Assembly: GCA_030141605.1 (NCBI GenBank)
Contig: JAQGDQ010000015.1
Coordinates: 1,302,001-1,366,000 of the forward strand
Direction of reading: 5' to 3'
Origin: Tubiluchus corallicola
Lineage: Eukaryota; Animalia; Priapulida
DNA length: 64,000 nucleotides
In this document: positions 55,196 through 64,000 of the stretch, in pieces
Position numbering within the stretch: position 1 is the first letter of the stretch
Layout: every line of letters begins with the position of its first letter
Position numbers and translations under genes: made by a program
The notes under the pieces: generated by a model
Database searches by the model: none
Seen by the model: only the letters and a program-made list of their open reading frames with translations
Told to the model about the DNA's origin: nothing

Positions 55196-55863
55196 AACGC
55201 TTTATTTCACAAACATAAGCATAAGTACAGTTAACAAATCACACACTTAAATAAACAACGCATACAAGAACACGTTCATGTGCTATGTAAACTTTTACCT
55301 ACTGTTTCTTGGTGTTGCTGCCAATGTGTCAAATGATATACCACAATATTCAGTGCTTAGGAAACCAGATGTGATTTATGTCACTTCAAATTTCATTTTT
55401 GTAATAACTTTAAAATTTAATACTGAATAATAAATAGCGTCTTATCAAACCGTCAGACGTACTATTGGGTTGTTGCATTTTGCTATGTACCAAGAATTTA
55501 GACAGAAAAATTGCAAGTAACAAACTAAGTTTAAGTTCATTAACAATCAATTTGTTTTTTGGCTTCGACATTTAATCTCTTCTCGTGCGCTTGGAAACAT
55601 TCCTAATTATACTCCGTCTAATGACAAAGTTCACAATGCCTACTTTGGACTTCCATTTTGCTTCATAGACACATATTGCGAACATTTTAGAAATTTACCT
55701 GTACACGTGTTGCATTTCTGAAAGCGTGTTCATTATAGTTGTCTCTTCAAGTTAAAGAAAACTTTTTTCTTACATCTGTTGGTTTTACTAATGTAATTCA
55801 TAAATTCTTTTGTCGCAATTGTGGCAATTCTTACATTGCCTAGCACACTAAACAGACATATTT

Positions 55864-56065
55864 GACCCGAGGTAGCTTAATGGTAGCGTGCTCGCTTCCC
55901 ATCTGTGAGTTCAACTCCCAAACGAGCAATACTCAAGACTCACAAAATGTTACCGCTGGTTCTTCGACCAAGCATGCTGGTTTATCGCAGTAGCATGCGT
56001 ATAATAATAATCGAGATCACTTTGAAAATAAGTATTGAGTTGCCTTAAGTTGTTACTCCTAAACT
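55864..56065 (+). mobile_element. tRNA-derived SINE remnant
   Basis: Pol III A-box-like 'tagcttaatgg' and B-box-like 'gttcaactcc' with shortened spacing, followed by a non-tRNA body and a 3' stem-loop-like segment 'gagatcactttgaaaataag...cttaagttgttactc'. Confidence 0.6.
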
Positions 56066-57029
56066 ATGTCCTAAACCAAATTATTGTTATTGCCTTCAGC
56101 TAATCGCCAAAAAATTCTGTATGAGTCATTACGTATGACAACTTTGAAGTTATGGATCCTGTCAATTCGAGAATGAATTCAGTAATCAAGGTGGTACACT
56201 TCATAAATTCAGTAATTAAGGAGGTATACCTCCCCTGAATAGCAAAACTGAAGACTAGGTGTGATTCATCATGTTTTGTTATCGTCTCTATTGCTGTCTC
56301 TACGTATGGTGTAATAAAAACAAGTTAAGGCAAGCGAAAATTTTCTAAATAAATAAAAACAGCTCGAGAATGTTTCACGTGAAATGAAATGTCGGCAAAT
56401 TTCGGTTCAATTTATGTTTAGGCAATGTTTTCTAATAATCATCGCAACGAGAACTTTCGAGTTCAAAATCAAAGTTAAAACTGTCCAGTACTGCAACTTT
56501 TTGGTTTTTATTCATTTCGTGTTCCTATATATTTACCAAAATACTTGAAGAATGTGTTCACTGTCTTATATCTCTGATTTGCAGGTCGGTATGAGATCCC
56601 CATTGTCCAGTTAGTTATATTAGATCATAGCTATTCAATATTATTTATTATGTGCGGATGGCCTTTATTTTATTTTACTTTCTGAACTTGGAAATGGCTT
56701 CGTGTGTACATCCTACAATTCCATTAGTTTGCATTTCTGTCTCTGCTTATTGTATATTTGGGCAGCTAAATCAGTTTAGACAGATCATGCGGTTTGAACA
56801 AATTCTGGCAGTCTTTATGAAATTTCTTCGCATTTTTCAACATTTCTGTTCAAGAAAAAGTGCCCTTAAATCGAATGTTGTGTTTTTCTTAAGCAGGAAT
56901 AGTATCTGCCTGAATGCACTAATTGTACAATTGTGTAATTTTGTAAAAATTTGTATTATGCGTACCAAAAGAATTAACCATAAGCTATTTTCATGCTGAT
57001 AGTCGCACCAGTAATGGCAGTCCTCGTCT

Positions 57030-57195
57030 TAGTGGTAGTACTAAGTAGTAGTAGTGGTAGTGTTAGTGCTAGCGGTAGTCGTAGCGGAAGTAGTGGTGAA
57101 TGTAGTAATGGTACTGGTAGTGGTAGTAGTACCAGCAGTGGCGGAGGTAGTAGTAGTAGTAGTAGTAGTAGTAGTAATAGCCGCAGCGGCAGCAA
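57030..57195. repeat. Degenerate (AGT/GGT)n microsatellite
   Basis: Directly visible. Confidence 0.93.
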
Positions 57196-57988
57196 GATAG
57201 ACATAAAAGAATATAACTCTATGCAAAGAAAGATAAGATGAGGTACATTACTGTCTTGTTTCAGTAATTTGAAGAGTTAACCATTGCACCATTGCAATTC
57301 CTGGAATAACGACCGCAGCATCAACCAGCAAAATCAACAGCATTGTTACCACCTCAACAACATATTATAGGTCTAAAAATAGCGCGACGTTTTGTTTTAG
57401 CTGTAAGACATGATATTGGCAATAATTTTATTTACTCGTGCCTTCAGCATATCTAACTATGAATTCTTGACTGCGCGGGCACGTGACCATTTGTTGAATG
57501 AAACGACTAGACCCAATATGTGCTAATGTCAAACCATTGATATATCTAATGGCTCGATTTCAGTGTATGAGAATTGCAGAGCAACTAACAATACAGAAAT
57601 ACGAAACCATTTCTACAGGCAATGGCTTTAAATAATAGGGAGCAGGTGTATTCTACAATCTTGCCATTTACTCTAATACAGCAAATTTACAGTATTAGCC
57701 ACTCCATCACAATAAATGGAAAATTCTTCTAGCTTTGAGGAATTCGACAAATGTAGTGATATTTTTAGCACATAGGGCCTACATACAGGCATACACATTT
57801 ATGCAAATTATTCACGAATCTGTCCCGGATAATTCCACTTTACTTGATTTGAGTCGTCAGAAAAGTGGCTTTTATTAACCAAGGTTTCCCGTTATAACCT
57901 TGTGACCTGTAAATTGAAACCAGTTCATTTCTTTGTGTCTTTTCCATACTCTTGTAAACAATGTATATGTATGCATTTTGACAACATG

Positions 57989-58040
<52 letters not shown>
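57989..58040. repeat. (TA)n microsatellite
   Basis: Directly visible. Shorter (TA)n tracts also at about 12730, 16846 and 16913. Confidence 0.97.
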
Positions 58041-58044
<4 letters not shown>

Positions 58045-59017
58045 TTCATTACATTTTAATACAGGTGTGAATAAAATAAAATAAACTTGGTTTGATTTAG
58101 TCTTAGTACCTGCATAATTTGCATTTATACACAGAGGGCTTATCAAAGTTTTGCAAATTAAAAGTTAACTTGTAATTAAATTTAAAGGGAAAATTTCCAA
58201 TATCGTCAACTGGTGTAACAGTGTGCCATTCTGTTCTAGATATTATATAATCTTAGCTTCAATCGCATTCTCACTTGTTTAGACTTTAGGGGCTTCATTT
58301 ACTTAACTGTCTCAACGACTGAGATCAAATTAGCTGGATTAAATTAACGTAAGCGTCAATATCAGAAATAATAATAAGAAAAAATAATAATAATTAAGTG
58401 CGTATTTGCTTTAGCAAACCTGAGATTTTGAGTTTTACTTTGGACTTTCCATATCCTGTATTATTAGGAATTCACTTATTTACGCCCTTATGTAAATACA
58501 AGCCTTAACTGAACCGCATATAATAAATGTAACCCGCAAGATTAGGAGGCAATTGCATTTATCTATGTAAGCAATTGATGGTGAATGAGGATGGATACAC
58601 GTATTTAATTGTAAACATTCTATAATTATTGCTTCTATGTAGATAATTAATTGTGTTGTAATCCTTGCTATCTTTTACCAAGTTGCGTGTAAACGTATCG
58701 AAGCGGCAGGTTATCGTTATCTACATTATATATTCAATATAGCCTAGCTAAGATCAGAGTAGCTCGAGAGGCCGACTTGGCATTGGTTCGATACTTTGCT
58801 TTGCTTTGCTGTTCTGGAAAATTAGTCATGCACTACGTTCAAGGCAAGTTTTGCAATAAGTACATTATTTTTCCTTTACTTTTTTTGATCTCTTGCAAGC
58901 CAAATCTAACACCCTATGGACGGCCTTTATTGTTGCTACCATCTTTTAACAATGAACGATGCATAATTATGGACTCGGAGAAAACGTTTTTATATGAAAG
59001 AAGTGTTACAATTTTAA

Positions 59018-59151
59018 AAGCTCCAAATCAGTTCAAGGCAGCAAAATTTTACAAATCTTTAAAATAATTTTGTTTTTCTAGGCAAACTCCAAATTAGTCC
59101 AAGGCAGCAAAATTTTGCGAATATTTTTAAATAATTTTGGATTTCTAGGCA
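59018..59151. repeat. Tandem duplication of about 67 bp
   Basis: 'ctccaaat.agt.caaggcagcaaaatttt...aaataattttg..tttctaggca' occurs twice. Confidence 0.9.
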
Positions 59152-60234
59152 TTTGAAATCTGCACTTGGTGATTGGTAGATGTGCCACCAGCAGTTGTGA
59201 CAAACGCCTTTTTTGACAAGAATAAACGATTTGGTCTTGTCCAAGTCATTGCTGAGAAAACCGAATTAACCACAAAATCAAACGAGCCGTCAGATTTTGA
59301 CCGAAACGCGCAAACACCGTCTTGACAGCTTGTCCTTGAGGTAAGAAATATCGATATCTGAAGCAATTATAGCTGTTTGATTAAAATTGCAGTTAGGCGA
59401 CCTTCCAGATTTTGGTGTTTATAGATCCTTACGCACTGCTGCAATATAATTCTAATGCCTGTTTTTTAACAGAAGTGCGAGAAAAAATATGCTTATTAAT
59501 TGATCACATTTACAGTTGATTCAACAGGGTTGATTCATTTCAATAATCACAAATATAAATTTAGCGACTTAACATCTGAACATAATTATATTGAACGCAC
59601 ACAATAATTTCTCGGGTCTATAGCTTAAGGGTGAGAAAGATGATACTTACAAACGTTACACATAAGCTAAAAAAATCCCAACTTATAATTATGTTCAAAT
59701 AGTAAAAATATTTTTTTTCCTGAAACACGCTACTGAATCAACTATGTAAACAGTTTATTTCCTTGAAAGCAAGGCGTTTACTGTCCATACATCCTAATAC
59801 TGTACTAAACGTCTCAAAGCGATGACTTAAAACTTTTTAATAGTTTATTACGTGAAATCATAATTTTTTAAGAAAATGCGTTGTTGGCTTTGCTACAGGC
59901 CTCGGAAACATATAGTGAAACCAAAACATACAGATCATTGCATGCTGGGTTTGATTAGGTGTTCGTACATTATTATGATGTATATCATTTGTGTCCATAT
60001 TGGCAACATTTACTCCGCTAAAAGATCAGAGTTGTGCGCAAAGGGGAGAAATCCGTTACATAATTATAAGAAGAAACAGGGTATAGGGAATTGTCCAAAT
60101 GCATCATAGCACATGTAAGCTTTCATAAAATGTTTATTACACTAAGTGATTGCAGATGGGAAGAACTGTAATCATGACGTCTAACTTGTATTAAACTTTT
60201 TTCCGGTGGTCGAATAAGAAGTCTACACGTATCT

Positions 60235-60680
60235 GTTTAAATGGGAAGAAAAACTAATTTTAAAGTACACCCCCAAAAACTTGAAACACAAAGTCGAATT
60301 ACATAGCATTACGCTTACTCGCTTGAAAGACTTAGCTAACTAGAAAAGAAAAATTTAATGTTTAGTTTGCCCCAACTGATAAAATGTCACTGACTCACCT
60401 TCACAGTGTGCACGACTGACTAACTAAAACGTATTTTTAATCTTATTGACAAGACACAGCAATTTATACTTTAGTTTAGTTAAGTGAAGTGTGTGCAAGG
60501 AATGCTCTGATTATTTTTCAAACTTTACACAGTGTTATCTAAACTTGATTCCAACGCCTATCATCAAAATGGCTGCGTGTAACGATCACCGCGGGAGTTA
60601 AATTTTCAAGTTTTAATCAGCGTTACTACTATTATAGTGCACTCTGTGCGCAATAAGTAGGTGACACAAATTGCAATTCC
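60235..60680 (+). repeat. Diverged dispersed duplicate of about 400 bp, copy B
   Basis: Colinear with 54070-54460, with an extra segment of about 55 bp near 60330-60385. Confidence 0.8.
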
Positions 60681-62537
60681 ATGTCAGCACTAACAACCGA
60701 CTATAATTACGTACAACTAATCATCAAGCATCACTTATTGGAATTTAATTACACTAATTAAAAATATTGACAAAACAAAATATTGATGTTGTTCAGTTGT
60801 ATAAGACTTCTCGTGACAAAGAGCACTTGGGGCTGGGAGTAGGGCACTGCCATTATCTACGGGTGCTGCAGGCACACCATCTCAGTTGCTTAAAGTAAAA
60901 ACATACCTATAAAAATTAACTCTGGTTAACTTGAGATAGTTTTACGGTAATTTTGACATTTTTTACGATCCTCGTATTCAAAATATTGTGTACGCGCATT
61001 TTAAACCCATGCAATACTCTGCAAAGTAAGCACCTGTCCATTATAAATAGGCTTAATTTGTGTTTTAGCCATTTGCTCTAAACTGTCTAGAAAAAATTTC
61101 ATCTTTGGTGCCCATTGTGCCTCTTGATAGCAGACAATCGCCCTTAAAAACTTAGAAATCTTATACTCTTACTTTACAATTACTAACTATAGGAGCTAAC
61201 TAAGAATCAAAGCCATTTATTTTTTACTTCTTAATGTAGAATTTTTTAACACCTTAAGCGCGAAACCGTTCTAACGTATCATTTTTAATTCATCGAAAAG
61301 CCTCAAATAAGCCAGTGAGTCGTGAATTGACAAAGCAAAAAAAACTATAAAAGCTGCAATTACAAAATTTACTACAAAATAAGTTATTGTAAACTGCAAT
61401 TTATTTATTTATTAAAATTCTGTCGTACACAAAGTACCATTCTTAATTAAAATAAGCGACATATATAAAAAATTGAAAAAGATAAAATACAATATTAAAA
61501 ACATGCACGAACTATAAACATATTTACAAGAGAAAATTAATTTGTAAATAAATAATTTAGACACATTATTATTAAAAATGGAGGTTTTTAGACAAATGTA
61601 AAATTAATTGCACTGCCATGAAACTCCTGTGCACATTTACTTCATACAAATTTTTAATCACAGTAATTGATTCATATTGGTTATTTTGCACACCGTTCAG
61701 AATATTACGAATGGCAACAGATTTGACTAATTTTTTAGTTGAGTTACCAATTATTAATTCATAGTTATATGTAAAGTTCCTCACATCCTTCCAAAACTCG
61801 GAATACCTATGATAATAATGATTTACAATATAAAATATTGCAGTAATAGCAATGCATTGCTTTTTAATAAATGCGTTAAATGAAATATATAAAATATGCT
61901 TTGGGATTGCAATCAATTCATATAAATGTAGTAACCTTAGTTAGGAAATAACTGGTCTAAGTAACAAGAGTCGCTCTTTCAATTTCTTGGATAGCAATAA
62001 GTAGTAATCAATAGCATTAAACAATGCTTGACATCACGAGACTCCTGCCGTCTCAACAACTTGTAAATGCGTTCACAAATAAAACCAGTTTTAAACAAAA
62101 AGGTAGGAGATAGACGGGGTGTCCATAGATCAACCACGACTCTACACTAATCAATTTGGCACTAGGAAGACAATATCCCAAATCAAAGAATTAAGCTTTA
62201 AAGAATAACTGCGGTACTAAGAAAGCATTCATTTTTACGAACATCCTGCTCGGAGGCAGGTAACAACTTGTAGCTGTCACGTGGAAAATATATTGCATTC
62301 CACAAATTCTTGTGTTTGAAGAGTGAAATTATCGTGGAAATGAAATTAGATAAATTCTCGTTATAATGATTCGCTTGTGGACGGTGTGTCAAACTGAAAC
62401 GAAGATTAAACACGAACGAAGTCAATCAAACAAGAGTTGAAAATCCACCGTACCGATTTCCAGAATACGAAGGTGCAAAACTAGGGAGCGAGGGTATACA
62501 AAGAAGTAAACAAACCTTACAAGGCTTTCACTTGGAA

Positions 62538-63899
62538 ATGTACGTCATGGAGAACAATAACTTCGGAGACGCTTATTGTGCGATACAACATGTAAATTCC
62601 TGTTTGTCTTTACCAATAACAAATGCGACCAAGGTGTCAATCTTAAACCCTATACGATGTGCATTGTCAGAAGAAGACATAAAGAAGCTTGAACTTTGGT
62701 ATATGTGTAATAAACAGAGTCCATGTCCTAGCAGACAGGAAATATTTCATATTGCAAGGTATGCGGACATCGCGCCAATACATGTGAGAAACTGGTTGTC
62801 CAAGAAAAGGAAGGAACACCGAAAACACGCTTCAAGCACTAAAAAGCGTTGGACAGCTTGCTTATCTTATGATTCAGAAAATATGGAGAAACCAGAGAGC
62901 CTCTCAGCGGTAAAACTAAAACAAGGAGGATCTTTCCAGGAATTAATGTCAGATGCAATGCCAGCATCACGTTCCAGTGTACCAGACACTGGAACAACAA
63001 TATCAAAGCTTGCACCTGCAATGCATTCAAGATCAAATTCTGAAATGCGATGCGTGGCATTGCCAATTGTAAAGATGGCGACACCATCAAAATTAAATGT
63101 TGAACCTTCAGTGTCACACAGCAGGACGTTATCAGCATCAAAGATAGTAACTTCGTCAACACAACATACCGCGTCTGAAGCAAAGCCAAATGTTCTCATT
63201 CCATCAGTTCTGACCGCGAAGTCACCATCAGCACCAAGTGACCTTGGCAACACCACGTCACTAAATGCTGTGGCTGCACCACCAATATCAAAGACACAAA
63301 CACTGGAATGGCTGGAATGGTTAAAATCACGACAGACCACGGTATCATCAAAATTGCAATCTACAGCGATCCCATCACAGACCACGCTTCCAGAACCATC
63401 ATTTGATGCCAACCATAACAGATCTTCTCAAGACACAAAGCAGAATCCGATACTTACAGTTCGTGCACCAAGTCATGGTACAATGGTGCCTTGTATGCCA
63501 TTTAAGCTTGCAGCTGCAATGCCTCCGACGTTACCCCCATTACAAAGGACTAGTTCTACATTTATTGATGAAGTTATCAGAAAGAAATACCAGAAGCAAT
63601 GGAACAGCAGAATGAAGAAGACGCCGCCAACCAAGAATCCACTTCCTGCTCAAGCTATTGAGTTCATGGAGCGCTGGTACCAGGAAAATCATGACCATCC
63701 TTTTCCAACTTTGCAAGAAAAAGATAAGATCGCGCAGAAATTAGGACTGTCCCCCATGCAGGTGAAGAGTTGGTTTGTGAGAAGACGACAAAAGGCTGAA
63801 AAGGAGAGAAGGGTGTTTAATGAAGTTGTCCAGAAAGTGTCGGCAGAACGGAATGCGCGCTTTATGGAGCAAGACATGGCCAGAAAGATTTTTTTATAA
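62538..63899 (+). CDS. Intronless double-homeodomain TALE-class transcription factor-like protein (SPILE-like), 453 aa
   Basis: Uninterrupted ORF, first ATG at 62538. HD1 (about 62643-62831): LSEEDIKKLELWYMCNKQSPCPSRQEIFHIARYADIAPIHVRNWLSKKR. HD2 (about 63621-63809): LPAQAIEFMERWYQENHDHPFPTLQEKDKIAQKLGLSPMQVKSWFVRRR. Both align without gaps to the 63-aa TALE homeodomain and are separated by a Ser/Thr/Pro-rich linker. Confidence 0.9.
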   Translation: MYVMENNNFGDAYCAIQHVNSCLSLPITNATKVSILNPIRCALSEEDIKKLELWYMCNKQSPCPSRQEIFHIARYADIAPIHVRNWLSKKRKEHRKHASSTKKRWTACLSYDSENMEKPESLSAVKLKQGGSFQELMSDAMPASRSSVPDTGTTISKLAPAMHSRSNSEMRCVALPIVKMATPSKLNVEPSVSHSRTLSASKIVTSSTQHTASEAKPNVLIPSVLTAKSPSAPSDLGNTTSLNAVAAPPISKTQTLEWLEWLKSRQTTVSSKLQSTAIPSQTTLPEPSFDANHNRSSQDTKQNPILTVRAPSHGTMVPCMPFKLAAAMPPTLPPLQRTSSTFIDEVIRKKYQKQWNSRMKKTPPTKNPLPAQAIEFMERWYQENHDHPFPTLQEKDKIAQKLGLSPMQVKSWFVRRRQKAEKERRVFNEVVQKVSAERNARFMEQDMARKIFL

Positions 63900-64000
63900 T
63901 CTAGATAAAATATTTCTCTGTTAGTTTTCGTGCAGCGTGTGTGGTTTAATTTGACATACATTATTTTTTATTTCGAGCATACGAATGCGTTATTTAAGCT

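Noticed and set aside
55864-55925. Functional tRNA gene
   Set aside because: A and B boxes are present but the anticodon/variable region is shortened and no acceptor stem forms; better explained as a SINE head.
62839-63412. Antisense ORFs of 116 and 181 aa
   Set aside because: Shadow frames of the homeobox ORF with no domain features.

Overview
AT-rich, intron-containing animal genomic DNA, not prokaryotic. The double TALE homeobox gene suggests a spiralian/lophotrochozoan invertebrate (inference). By hand-splicing I can support three protein-coding genes, all on the + strand. (1) A chymotrypsin-fold S1 serine protease (at least 3 exons, 2078-4098; first exon not found) with an intact triad but an unusual Cys-rich active site. 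(2) A 35-exon, about 1637-aa receptor protein tyrosine phosphatase (8365-36631): signal peptide, WSC, EGF-like, six FN3, juxtamembrane domain, TM, active PTP D1, degenerate PTP D2. All intron phases join consistently, one probably as a GC-AG intron. (3) An intronless 453-aa gene with two TALE-class homeodomains that both lack the near-invariant Asn51 (62538-63899). Between them are a decayed BEL/Pao LTR retrotransposon, two decayed LINEs, MITE and SINE remnants, a cluster of telomere-like (TTAGGG) elements with a degenerate hammerhead-like motif, many microsatellites, and a ~20 kb stretch with no recognisable protein domain. No rRNA, intact tRNA or CRISPR array was found. All calls are from reading motifs by eye; no searches were run.
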